Source: Octopus vulgaris
Taxonomy: Eukaryota
NCBI GenBank assembly: GCA_951406725.2
Contig: OX597826.1
Coordinates: forward strand, 2,418,001-2,482,000
Direction: 5' to 3'
Length of the DNA stretch: 64,000 nucleotides
Made by a program: the position numbers and the translations under genes
Notes under the pieces: generated by a model
The model's database searches: none
What the model saw: the letters and a program-made list of their open reading frames with translations, nothing else
Told to the model about the DNA's origin: nothing
In this document: piece after piece, positions 1 to 11,770 of the stretch
Numbering within the stretch: the stretch's first letter is position 1
How the letters are laid out: every line of letters starts with the position of its first letter

Positions 1-58
<58 letters not shown>

Positions 59-103
59 GATCCATCTATCAATCTATCTGTCTAATCTATCTATATAAAT
101 GTA

Positions 104-191
<88 letters not shown>

Positions 192-230
192 GTTTGTGTG
201 CGTGTATGTATGTATGTATGCATGTATGTA
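1..230. repeat. Compound microsatellite (TCTA)n-(TA)n-(TG)n-(TATG)n
   Basis: Directly visible tandem runs. Confidence 0.97.
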
Positions 231-740
231 TAAATTTACTCAGATATGAACTGGTATACTAGAAGGCATGAGCAGAAAGCTCCAACAAAATAACTACCAA
301 CGCAATTGAAAAGGGCATGTGGTGCCCGTACATGGCTGGATTTATTTACATTTTAAGCTACGACAACGAACCAATGACAATGTTCCACGCAAATAAATCC
401 CAGCAACTATCGAAAAATTTGTGTGCGTTTACATTTGGAAGTATTCTCTTTCCACATTACTTTTCCAAACAATGCTTCTAACATACACAAAGCTTGTTTG
501 TCTTGTCGATATATATTACTTGAGAAACCTCCAGGGAATACATATTCATATGTATTAAAGCAAAATTTCTCAATACCGGTGGAAAATGTGAATGAAAAAT
601 ATATCTCCAGAGGTCGTTAGGGGTTTCTTCGGTACATGTTTACATGCATTATACGGTTACATTCAATATAATCCTTAAGAATGCTATGCAATATATATAT
701 ATGAGTATATGAGTGTATGCATGGGTTAATATTATGTATG

Positions 741-776
<36 letters not shown>

Positions 777-1479
777 ATGTTTGTCTTCAGCTTTTCTTTG
801 TTTAGGATCAATACATGGAACTTTGTGTGTATATTGTGCATGTTTATTCAAATTTTTCGTATACTGTCTTGCCGATACCCGATGCCAACTAGAACATGAA
901 TAATATGAAGTCAATTTTTTTTCTTGATTCTCTTTCACCTTGGTTACTTTTCGTCAAAATACCTTTACTTTTCTCTAAAATTTAAAATTTTAACGTAAGA
1001 AGCCCCATTCTCTTTCGTCAGAAAATATAAAACGTACACAACACACAGATATTCCCATACAAATATAGAGAGCGAAACACACATTCTCACATATAAACGT
1101 ATGCATGTATCATTTTATTTCATTCTGCCTTAATAAATACTGGGCTTGGTTTTCTTTTATTTCTAGTTTGCAGATGAGTTAAAATCATACATTTTAAACG
1201 CAAAAGGTTGTTTGGGTGTCACGTAAAATGCCACACGGTTTATCATTCAACGCTGCATGTTCCCAGTTCAAATGACTCTGAGGCCAGTAGTGTTTCATTT
1301 TTATTTTCTTTCATTTTTTTACTCTGTTCTCGATAAAATATTGTGACACTCAAGGAGTGCGATTGATATCTTTCATTTTTCTTGCCATCAAAATCCTAAA
1401 GTTGCTCCAGCTTACGAAATTATACACACACGCAGGTACGCACCCGAGCAAACACACACACACACACGAACAGAGTCAA

Positions 1480-2378
1480 ATATACATTAATATAATGAGA
1501 TCAAATCGGTCGTGGTCAACTGCTGGTTAGCCTATACAAGATTTGTAAATAATCGCTCGATATAAACTTATTAGCGTAGGAGTGGTTGCGTGGTAAGTAG
1601 CTTGCTTACCAGCCACATGGTTCCAGTTTCAATCACACTGCGTGGCACCTGGGGCAAGTGTCTTCTACTATAGCCACGGGCCGACCAAAGCCTTGTGAGT
1701 GGCTTTGGTAATCGGAAACTGAAAGAAAACTGTCGTATATATGTAAATATATATATGTGTGTGTGTGTATGTTTGTGCGTCTGTGTTTGTCCCCACAACA
1801 TCGCTTGACAACCGATGCTGGTGTGTTTACGTCCCCGTAAATTAGCGGTTCGGCAAAAGACACCGATAGAATAAGTACTAGGCTTACAAAGAATAAGTAC
1901 TGGGGTCGATTTGCTCTACTAAAGGCGGTGCTCCAGCATGGTGGCCGCAGTCAAATGACTGAAACAACTAAAAGAGTAAAAGAGTAACGTTTGAATATCG
2001 CTTGAGATACAAACAAACGAAATGTCGTGCATCTTGATCATTTAATATTTCAAGAAAGAATTGAAAAATAATGGCGAATTGACGGGAACCCGATGTTAAT
2101 GGCTTTACATTGTGATCGGTAGTCTACATTTATATTCTGTCAAGATGTATTTCTTGAAATGCAGGTATACAGAAGAAAATCTCTGGGTACTCAAGTTTTT
2201 TCAGAGATATTGTTTTTCCAGTGAACATAATGAAAAATATTTTGACCGTTAATAGGGTCTGGTTTTGGAGGCGATTTTCGATTCGTGTCTAAAGCTGTTC
2301 TCTTTATCATTAAGTTTCCACCAGATTTTTCATACATGCGTACGTACAAACATTCATATATACATGTATGCATACATA

Positions 2379-2421
<43 letters not shown>

Positions 2422-2609
2422 ATATATATACATATATACATTGCATACATGCATACATATATATGTGTTTTTATATAAATATGTGTAAATGTCCATAGTT
2501 GAGGAAAAGTTTACAAGATTCTTTTCCTCATATATTCGTTTTCATAGGATACGTTGTTGAGCCATAGTGATGTTTATCATTGAGTGTGAGATAAACACCA
2601 CCCATGATT

Positions 2610-2642
<33 letters not shown>

Positions 2643-2997
2643 TGGTAGTGAACATAGGGTAGTCAGAACAGAGTTTCACACTGTTGACAAACCCGATACA
2701 AAACATCAAACAGAAACCTTCCTGCAACTGAATCTAATTAATTCTGTTTTACCATTTTCCCTATAGACATAGATGTGCAGATAATCAAGGGTGGACGGCG
2801 ATTCATTCGAACTCTCTCGCCCGAGAAAGTACTCAAGATATATGAACAATACAGCGATTCCAACAACTAATCTCAAATACACTAAAAGGAAATTAACACT
2901 TTCGATGTCTTGAAGTGAAAGTGGGCTCCAGGTTTTAGTGTATCTTTCTTCATTGTTGCAAGTGTAATTACCATACATAGCTTTCATTTTATTTCCT
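1480..2997 (-). pseudogene. Possible decayed intronless Cys-loop receptor (chemotactile-receptor-like) pseudogene, interrupted by a SINE and microsatellites
   Basis: Colinear minus-strand fragments across frameshifts: YTKTWSPLSL..VNFLL, FIxxxYFLGxxxxNE, PPLIICTSMS, NGxxELI..VSV*CF, DYP, RI..IYEE, INGQNIFHY, IPA..ILT..LP, RFDLIIL. Compared with an octopus CR sequence recalled from memory; many gaps needed; not statistically tested. Confidence 0.3.
1573..1987 (+). mobile_element. tRNA-derived SINE, family A, full length
   Basis: Head GGAGTGGTTGCGTGGTAAG..GTTTCAATC (A/B box-like), CCT(G)GGGCAAG body, internal (TA)(TG) run, tail GGCGGTGCTCCAGCATGG..GACTGAAAC, (TAAAAGAG)n end; multiple copies in window. 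Confidence 0.93.
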
Positions 2998-3351
2998 AAA
3001 TATGTGAAAGCTTGTTTACTTTCTGTTCCCGTATAATTTATTATAAATTGCGTAAGACTTCTTCAGTTTCAATTGATAACAATTCTATTTCAATTTACGC
3101 AATTTAGTGTTTCAGGTAAATATCAGGAAAAAGGTCATTGCAACCGTAGTTTCCCAGATATGTCATTGCATCTTATTATTAGTTTCTATGCATGTAGATC
3201 GGATCGCCTGAAAATGGAAACAAATTATCGAAAAACAGTTGCACGTTGAGTCAACCAGAGATTCTTAAACTTATACAGGACCTGCTAGGGATAAGCAACT
3301 TCCAAATGCAAATCACATGCGACCATCTGACAAAAAGATATATATATATAT

Positions 3352-3755
3352 ATAGCAATAATAAATCTCTGAACGAGATGTAAACAGTAACCGCTCGACA
3401 ATGTAACGCATAATATAGCTAACAATGTAAAGCATAATATGGCTAACCACAAAGGGTGGGTGTTACTGTAGCTTTTAGCCCCAGGTGATCATCGTCTCCA
3501 GCTGGCTTTAGGCACACTATCTGTGCCCTTATGGTATTTGCAAAGGGAGGTCATCCCTCTCTCGATATCAAAATAGGCAACAAAGATATCAAGAGGTAAT
3601 GCAGTACGATCGTTTCATGCGACTCCATTTTATTGATATCCTTGTTGCTTATATAGATTATATGCAACACATGTATTATATGGATAATACCATACTAAAT
3701 TCTGGTGCCTTCAACTTAAGTACCATATTGATCTGAATCTAAATTTTACTTTTAT
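3352..3755 (-). mobile_element. (TA)n-flanked non-coding element with half hammerhead motif (probably Penelope pLTR-derived)
   Basis: 3353-3565 is the reverse-complement homolog of 40040-40232; 20-bp inverted repeat 3573-3592/3633-3652 encloses GCATGAAACGATCGTA on the minus strand. Confidence 0.7.
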
Positions 3756-4161
3756 ATATATATATATGTTTGATTTTGTGTGAATTTATAACGAACATCA
3801 AATGCACATTAAAGCCAAAAGATTAGACCATACTTTAATAAATATTTATTAATTTCAGTAATTTTCTAGATTAAATTTTCGAAACTAAACATTGACATGA
3901 TATCGCTGTCAGACTTGTCCTGTCTAAAATTCCTATGTATGCAATAATGTCTGTATGCATGCATGTATGTATGTTTTTGCGTATTTGTGAGTATGTGTAT
4001 GTATGTATGTATGTATGTATGTATGTATGTATGTATGATTGTATATATATATATATGTATGGATGTATGAATATATATGTGTATGTGTGTTTATGTTTGC
4101 ATGTATGTGTGTATGTATATGAGTACATGATACATACAAACACACACACACATACGCACAC

Positions 4162-4199
<38 letters not shown>

Positions 4200-4669
4200 T
4201 TTTGTGTGTGTCTGTGCGTGAGGATATTTATGTATGTGTACAAACATACAACTCGTTTTCTTTGTTCTTCCTCCGACTATTTCCCTTTGTCTATACCTTC
4301 ATTCAGAAGAAGAGGGTATACGCGAAATATTTTCCGTCAGCATTTTCCTATTTCCTGTGCATAAACTTAATACACTCTGTCTTTTAGGACTTCCCTTTAT
4401 TTTATATATTTAAAAAAAACATATAACGATAGCCGTTATTAAAATTTTTGTATAATTTTGACACGTGTAACATGCTTTAGAAACGATTCTAGAACTGGAT
4501 CTAGTGGAAATATCCAGGAGTGGCAAATGTGGAAGGAACCAATTTCGCCAACACTCAGCTGGTAGTGACTCATGAAATATAAATATTGAGCTGTTCCCAA
4601 GAATACAATGCACCACGTATTGAAAGCTCAACTTCATAGCCATAAACTAACAACATAACTATGTTTCTA

Positions 4670-4883
4670 TGTACGGATGTGTGTATGTATGTATGTATGA
4701 ACGTATGTATGTATGTATGTGTGTATGTATGTATGTATGTATGAATGAATGTATGTATTTTGGATGCATGTATGTAAATGTATATATATCTACACACACA
4801 TGCACACACAGATATATGTGTGTGTATATATATATATACATATACATACATATATGTATAGATGTATACATATACATATATAC

Positions 4884-4917
<34 letters not shown>

Positions 4918-4933
4918 GTATATATATATATAC

Positions 4934-5017
<84 letters not shown>

Positions 5018-5040
5018 CATACATATATATATCTATATAC
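4670..5040. repeat. (TATG)n/(CA)n/(TA)n microsatellite block
   Basis: Directly visible; source of several spurious YI-repeat ORFs. Confidence 0.97.
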
Positions 5041-5913
5041 TAAACATATTTATACATTGGTATTTCATTTTTTTTTTAGATGTAATAGCAGTTTCGTATA
5101 TCATTGTTTATTTTAGACACAAAAATAATCTTCATACCTTCAGGGTATGAAGAAAATTACATTGGGAGTCTCTCTCTTTCTCTCTCTCTCTCTCTTCTTC
5201 TTCTTCTTCTTCTTCTCTGTCACATCCAGAAACGCACTTATACAGATATTCACACATACTCACACACACTCTTTTATACACACATGTACACACACACACA
5301 TGTGGATATAAAAACATGAATTTTGAAAATATGTTCTTGACTGTGAGAAAATGAGAAACTAAAAAAAAATACAAATACTTAATTACTTTCTAATGAAGAA
5401 TGGAAATGACTCCGGGGTATTGAGTGGAATTTATTCTTCTATTTTTTTAACCATTAGTTGTTGGTTCCCTTATTTTGGCTGCGTTATTCTATGTTTATAT
5501 ACTTTCAAAATTCTCAGATATAACTTATTTTTCAGAAATTTTGTACCCATCCTGAATAAAATCGTCAGTAGATAAATAAATACATAAATAAATAAAAAAA
5601 GAAATACGATAACGGCAACACTTAGTGATTTGTGACGCCACATCGAACATTCTAGTTTTCTATTAATATATTTTGATGGTAATTGCAGAAATAGTTGCCA
5701 AAATAATGGTGAACATTTGATATTATTAGGGATGAGGGACAAATAAATAATGAAAATTTCTACGTAAATTTGAAGGGATTTGGATGCTTATCCTAATCCT
5801 CCCCAAGTCCTCCTCCTCCTCCTCCTCCTTCTTCTTCTTTCCAGTAAACACATATCTAAAAGTTTCTTCCTCTAAATACATATACTTACATATACACAAT
5901 TATACTTATATTA

Positions 5914-5961
<48 letters not shown>

Positions 5962-6289
5962 AAATATATTTAGCTATACGCGTATACATACGTATATGTA
6001 ATTATCTCTGCAGTCATATGTGTATAGGTGTATACATATACATACATATATAATTATATATATATATCCGTAAATAAATATTTATATATGTGTATATATA
6101 TATTTGGATATATGTATATATATATATACATATATCCAAATATATATATACACATATATAAATATATATAAATATTATATATAGTATATATATATATATG
6201 TATATATGTAATATTATATATACGTGCATGTATATATATATATTGTAGCTGTTATTTGACCCAGGACCATAATATGTCATCGTAACTCA

Positions 6290-7225
6290 AGGAAAATTAA
6301 GAATGTCAAATTCGCAACGGAAATGGATTCTGCAGAATTTTACCATGATAGGAATTCCTAACAGAAAGGGGGATTGAAAATGATTGTGTATGTTTTTTTT
6401 GTGTGTGTGTGTGTGTCTATAATAAATAACAAATACCACAAGTGTATCAAATAAAAGTGAAGCCAATTTCAACCAAAACAAAAGAGAAAAAGACAAGGAT
6501 CGGATGTGAGGGAAACATGTCAACGTAACCTTGAGTATAAAATAACAATTTGTATGTGACATGAAGTGTGAATATAAGGGGAAGAATCAAAATTTAAGAA
6601 ATCACAATATAATAAACGAACAAATATCAAGGAACAAAAGTGTCAAATCAGCTTACCATATCACGCCAGTGTTGACGATATTGTAAGAAAAAAGACCAGT
6701 TTCGTTGATTCTCTGATTCTCAGATAAAAACGGTGGAAATCACATTATGTTGTAGAGATAGATACGGGACGGCATCTATTTGAAGCAAGTAAGTAGGTAG
6801 ATACGGAAAGCGAAGGCTTATGGGGAAAAGGAACATACAAGAAACAAAGGGACAAAAGAAACATATAACAGAATCGTTTAACAAATCATGGTCAATAAAT
6901 TGTTGAGTTAACTAAGCAAAAACTAGCATTTATCTGAAGATAAACAAAAAATAGATTTCGTCTCCACCTACATCACTGGATTTAAATGTGTATTTTCCTT
7001 ATTGGTACAAGCATGAACGAGTGTTGGAAAAGGGTTTAATCAATGCAATTAGATGCTGTGTGTTTACTAGAAGAGGTTTTGTCGGCATTGGGGTGTGCAT
7101 GAAAGGAAGAGTTCGATACAATGGGATGCGAGTCGTATTGCAGTATCGAATTTCGTTTGTCGTTCCACCATTGCCATGGCATTTTGCCATCTGCATGACT
7201 CACATGCATACAATGAATATGTAAC
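6290..7225 (-). pseudogene. Possible second decayed Cys-loop receptor-like segment
   Basis: In-order fragments WNDKR, YCNTTRIPL..HTP, KSSDVGGDEI, LQINA, FYLRIR..LTISSTL, SLIFVRLL, NCYFILKVTLTCFP..SLLFWLKLASLL..TLVVFVI; requires frameshifts; untested. Confidence 0.25.
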
Positions 7226-7438
7226 TCTATTTCAATATATATATATATATATATATATATAACTGTGGGTGCTTGTTTGTGTGTGTGCATATGTGCGTGC
7301 ATATCTGTGTACGTGTGTGGGTGTATATAGATATAGTTGAATGTATACATATATTTGCAGTTATGTATTCATATATATATATATATATATATATATAGTA
7401 TTTTAGGAGATATGCCTTGTCTATGTGCAAATGAATTA

Positions 7439-7474
<36 letters not shown>

Positions 7475-7529
7475 TTCGTTTTTGTATTTGGTTTACAAGA
7501 TGAGAGTTCGTGTGTTGAAGCATATTTTG

Positions 7530-7820
7530 TTGTGTCTCGGGAGAGTCATTCTCTTTTAGTGCCGTATTTTACACTCACCAGTCTGATTTCCACTCATTTA
7601 CTTGGTTATTTTTACTAAAATTTTCGTTGCCTCTTGCATCCATTTCAATAGAATCGACGACCATTGAAAAGCTTGCAACACGCAACGAAAATTTCACTAA
7701 AGATAAATAAGGGAATGAGTGGAAGTGCCATCGGTAAGTGTGTTTCGTTAATAAGGCACGAAAAGAGAAACAATAATACTACTCAGTGCGACTAAGGTAG
7801 ACAAATGTTCGAGACCCAGT
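7530..7820. repeat. Diverged fold-back (inverted repeat) element
   Basis: 7549-7638 pairs with 7675-7769 (ttctcttt..gtgcc / ggcac..aaaagagaa; ttccactcatt / aatgagtggaa; aaattttcgttgc / gcaacgaaaattt). Confidence 0.8.
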
Positions 7821-8119
7821 GGGGATTTCCTCTATGATAAAAGGAAAAACAATGTTATACAACAAATTTCTCACTAAGTCCCTTAAAAAAACAAGTGCCT
7901 ACCTTGCAGTCACGCCCCTTGTTTGTTTTAGTGATTTGACTGCTGCCATTCTGGAGCACCGTCTGCCTTTATATATATTATATGTTATATATATGTGAAT
8001 TTTTTCTAAATTTTCTAACCTTTAAATTTCACAGTAAAATTTTCATAATTTTAAAGCTTGGTAAGCAGTTTTAATTTTATTATTTTCTGCTAAGTATATG
8101 ACTGCGCTTCGGCCGTTGG

Positions 8120-10070
8120 CTTGTTGTTGTTGATGTTGATGTTGTTGATGTTGTTGATTCTAGTTTCAGCTTATGAGCTGTGGCCATGCTGGGGCACCGC
8201 CATTTGGTGTTGCTACTTGGTTTCACTTCATGGAGGCTTTCTAGCAACTGCTATTTGGTGCATGAGAGAGTTCGATGCAGCTGCCCTCATCTGCCCCTCC
8301 TGCCGTGAAGTTGGTTCATCTGGGACACCTGCAAGTTTGGAGTCCTAGGCACCACGCAGTGGCGCCCAGTTCTGGCATTTGCGTAACTCTCGATGCCAAA
8401 GTTCAGGACACTTCCCTCCAGGATCTTCCAGATGTATATTATGGCATATCTTTCCCGCCTACGCTCCAGGGAATATAATTTTAATCTCTTGAGTCTTTCC
8501 CAGTAGCTTACATTCTGCATAGAGGCTATCTTCTTCGTGTAGCTTCGTTGGATCGCCTCAAGTTCTGTGATCAACTTGACACTGGATGGTGACCATAGCT
8601 GAGAGCAATAGTCAAAGTGGCTTAGGACAAGTGTCTTCCAGAGGACCATCATGGTTTCTTGTTCTCTTGTTCTAAAGGTTCTAAGAATCCATCCAGCCAG
8701 CCGTCTACATTTCATTGTCAGTTTAGCAACATGTACATGAAAGGTCGCGTCATCACTCATGTGAATACCCAGGTCACGCACTGATTGTGTCTCTGGGATT
8801 GCAATCCCTCCGGGTCCAGTATATTCATTGGGTATTGCATTCAGTTTTGCATGCTGATAGTATAAAGCTTGAAACTTTCCAGCATTGAACTGCATGCTAT
8901 TCTTTTCAGCCCACTTGTATATTTCGTCCAGCTCACATTGCAGGTGTTTAGTGTCCTCAGGGTTCTGTATTGCCTGTGAAACGTTTGTATCATCTGCATA
9001 ACTTGTGATCGTGGCTCTCTGCGTGGCTGAGGGCATGTCTGAGAGGGCCATTATGAACAGTAGTGGTCCCAGAACAGTGCCCTGCGGAACACCGCTCACT
9101 ATTTGTGCGTTAATGGAAGTGGCCCTATTGGCTACTACCACCTGACTTCTATCCTTCAGAAAGTCATGAAGCCATTCTCCCAGTTTTCCAACTATGTTGA
9201 GATCACGCAGTTTGTGACATATCATTCCATGATCGACTTTATCAAAGGCCTTTGCAAAGTCGAGATATATCACTTCTACATTTGAGTGGTTGAGCAGCCG
9301 TTTCAGCACCCAGTCATAGTGTTGTAGGAGCTGAGTTAAACAGCTTCTCCCTGGTCGGAAACCATGTTGGGTGTCGGGCAGCAAGTCATTCTCTTCAAGG
9401 AAGGTGATCAGCTTCCTTCTGACTATTCGTTCCATGACCTTGCTGATGTGTGCGGTCAGAGAGATAGGTCTATAGTTCTTGGCTTCCGCTCTGCTACCTC
9501 CTTTATGAATGGGGCATATTTTACCTTCCTTCAGTTTTCCTGGAAGTTTGCCAGCTGCAAGGAAGCTCTGAAAGAGGAACTGCAGTGGTCTTGCTAGGAC
9601 TCTCTTACATGCTTTTAGGAGGATTGCCGGGAATCCATCGGGGCCAGTAGCTGAGTCTGTTTTCATTTCATCTATAGCCTTGGTTTCATCGTCTTCCTTT
9701 ATATCGATGTAATCTATCGTCGCCGCCTCTGATTTTATATCTGCAGTGGTAAAAAGTCAGTTGGATTGGTGATTTGGAGATGCCCAAGGGGTGGAGTGAA
9801 AACACTCTTGAATTGCTCATTCAGTATTTCACTTACCCTCATTGGTTTTCCTGTAAGTGTGCCATCCTTTTCGAGGAGTGGCCCTATTCTACAGTGCACT
9901 GTAGCTGTTTCTTTGGCATACCTGTAGAAAGCTCTGGGGTTAGATTTTATGTTTTCTATAGCCCAGGCTTCTTTGTCTGCTCTTTCCTTTTCATGGGAGA
10001 GTTTCAGACATTTTTCGATTTCCAACAGTTTTATTTTTAGGCTGGACTTTTCACTGCTTGAGTGCATAAA
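8120..10070 (-). mobile_element. 5'-truncated CR1-clade LINE (ORF2 RT region, 3' UTR and (CAA)n-type tail)
   Basis: RT motifs in ORF 8287-9666, upstream ORF2 linker (NPRAFYRYAK) in a shifted frame, 3' end GGCGGTGCCCCAGCATGGCC..GCTGAAAC followed by CAA/CAT repeats. Confidence 0.95.
8287..9666 (-). CDS. Non-LTR retrotransposon reverse transcriptase (CR1 clade, partial ORF2)
   Basis: GPDG, NYRPISLT, QHGFRPGRSC, YLDFAKAFDKV, GVPQGTVLGPLLF, YADD, RDLG, DYCSQLWSP, LYSLERRR; endonuclease domain absent; C-terminus frameshifted by a deletion. Confidence 0.9.
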   Translation of the reverse strand: MKTDSATGPDGFPAILLKACKRVLARPLQFLFQSFLAAGKLPGKLKEGKICPIHKGGSRAEAKNYRPISLTAHISKVMERIVRRKLITFLEENDLLPDTQHGFRPGRSCLTQLLQHYDWVLKRLLNHSNVEVIYLDFAKAFDKVDHGMICHKLRDLNIVGKLGEWLHDFLKDRSQVVVANRATSINAQIVSGVPQGTVLGPLLFIMALSDMPSATQRATITSYADDTNVSQAIQNPEDTKHLQCELDEIYKWAEKNSMQFNAGKFQALYYQHAKLNAIPNEYTGPGGIAIPETQSVRDLGIHMSDDATFHVHVAKLTMKCRRLAGWILRTFRTREQETMMVLWKTLVLSHFDYCSQLWSPSSVKLITELEAIQRSYTKKIASMQNVSYWERLKRLKLYSLERRRERYAIIYIWKILEGSVLNFGIESYANARTGRHCVVPRTPNLQVSQMNQLHGRRGR

Positions 10071-10074
10071 TGTA

Positions 10075-10338
10075 TAAGTATTCAGCATACGTCGAATTTC
10101 GGTGCGTATTTGCAACATAATTATATATTGTCTTAGGCGATCCCACTGAAGAATTACAGATGACAATTTAATTTATTTGTTCATTAATACAAAAAATGAT
10201 TTTAGGATTAACTGTAAATAATTGTTGTTTTATTCTCTTTGGAATTGCGTTTTTCGTGGTTTAGGGTTGGCTGACCCCTCTAGCATATAAAGCGTCCTGT
10301 AAAGGATCGCCTCTTTTGTGTATAACCACTATAGCCTT

Positions 10339-10340
<2 letters not shown>
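10075..10340. repeat. Unclassified interspersed-repeat fragment abutting (TA)n
   Basis: Abrupt junction with the LINE 5' break and ends at (TA)n; resembles an octopus repeat from memory only. Confidence 0.4.
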
Positions 10341-10386
<46 letters not shown>

Positions 10387-10769
10387 AATATATATTCACT
10401 TATGCATATGTATGTACATATACAAACACATGTACATATAAAAACACGCGCGCATCCCCACACAGGCACAAGCACAAGCTCACAAAGTCACACACATACC
10501 TACATGCCTACAGATGTGTGTGTGTGTATATATATATATAGTTGCGCTTTACAGAGAAGCAAAAGCCGAAGACAGGTGTATGAACAACAAGCACGTGTAT
10601 TAGTTTGACGCTCGTCAATAGAAAGGAATAAAAGAAATTAAACAGAGAGAGAATTAAAAAAAACTGAATTTAGCGGTTAAATATGGTGACTGGTTGGAAA
10701 AAATAGTTTGGCAAAAGAGGTATAAAGAAGGGGAGATAATAAAGTATTGATGATCCCAAAACGAAGATG

Positions 10770-11060
10770 AGCATGTGTTTGTGTATGTGAGAATGTGTAA
10801 GTGTGTGTGGGGGGATAGGAGCTAGTGGCTTTGGCGTGTGTGGGTGTGTGGGTGTGAAAGTGTGTGCGTGTGCAATGTGTGGGTATGTGGATGATGGTGT
10901 GTGGTGTGGGTGCTGAGAAGTGGTCGGTGCTAGTGTGTGTGGAGTGATGTGCGGTGGTGCGATGTGGTGTGATGGTGTGTGGTGTGGAGTGTTAAGATGT
11001 GGAGGTAGGGGAGGCGTAGTGGTAGGGTGTGTGGAGGAGTGGGTGTGTGGTGTGGGTAGA
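10770..11060. repeat. GT-rich low-complexity (TG/TGG) tract
   Basis: Directly visible. Confidence 0.9.
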
Positions 11061-11300
11061 GGGGCGTATCTAGGAAGAGAGAAGATGGGTAGCAGTGAAG
11101 AGAGGAATTTATATGTATATGAATATTCAATTTATAGGAAAGATCCAGGGAAATAACTGCAAGATAGCCAGATGTCACATAAGTGCCCCAGGAATCAGTA
11201 ATCACACTTGTGTGGTAGTTACTTCCGGGAAGAAGCGAGACGTATTTTGAAGAAGAGGAAAAATTGAAAATGGAGGCAGACGCTCAAGACGATATTAAAT

Positions 11301-11410
11301 CATTTATATCTTCATATCATCGACATACGTTTCGATCAACACATTCAAAGTATATCCGACAGTGTAAATAACGTGGAGCAACGAATAAATCTCATCAGGG
11401 AAGATATAAA
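11301..11410 (-). ncRNA. Type I hammerhead ribozyme-like motif (minimal, Penelope/retrozyme type)
   Basis: Minus strand: TTTATATCTTCC-CTGATGA-GATT..(about 50 nt)..GATC-GAAAC-GTAT-GTC-GATGATATGAAGATATAAA; complete core, G-C closing stem II, near-palindromic stem III, complementary stem I arms. Confidence 0.7.
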
Positions 11411-11495
11411 CAACAGTGAGCATTAATAATTAATTTTAATTGATGTAACAAACTCCAATATATGACGTATGTGTGTATGTATGTATGTATGTATG

Positions 11496-11550
<55 letters not shown>

Positions 11551-11553
<3 letters not shown>

Positions 11554-11770
11554 TTTAAAATAATAAGGGTGGAAAAATTGAATATTAATTTAATTAATAT
11601 CAATTTTATGCCAGGGGTCTAGCATATTAAAATTTGAAGATTCAGAAAAATTATATTAGATGCATATAAGAAGGATGACCGCTACGTGAACATACATTAT
11701 GCTAGAAGTAGATCCACTATGGTCTTACCACTAAGAAAGGAATGTCCTCAAGAATATTTTGCAAACGCCA
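11551..11770 (+). mobile_element. (TA)n-inserted fold-back family member: terminus plus one arm
   Basis: AAGGGTGGAAAAATTG..CCAGGGGTCTAGCATATTAAAA terminus and arm homologous to 61087-61388. Confidence 0.8.

Noticed and set aside
423-620. Cadherin-like ending NFSIPVENVNE on the plus strand
   Set aside because: No other cadherin motifs (LDxE, AxDxG) and no sister repeats
963-974. Possible 12-nt minus-strand micro-exon
   Set aside because: Weak donor (gtattt) in very AT-rich sequence; likely chance
5393-5575. Plus-strand hydrophobic ORF resembling a receptor M3 helix
   Set aside because: Overlaps a minus-strand match of similar quality; shows how easily such matches arise by chance
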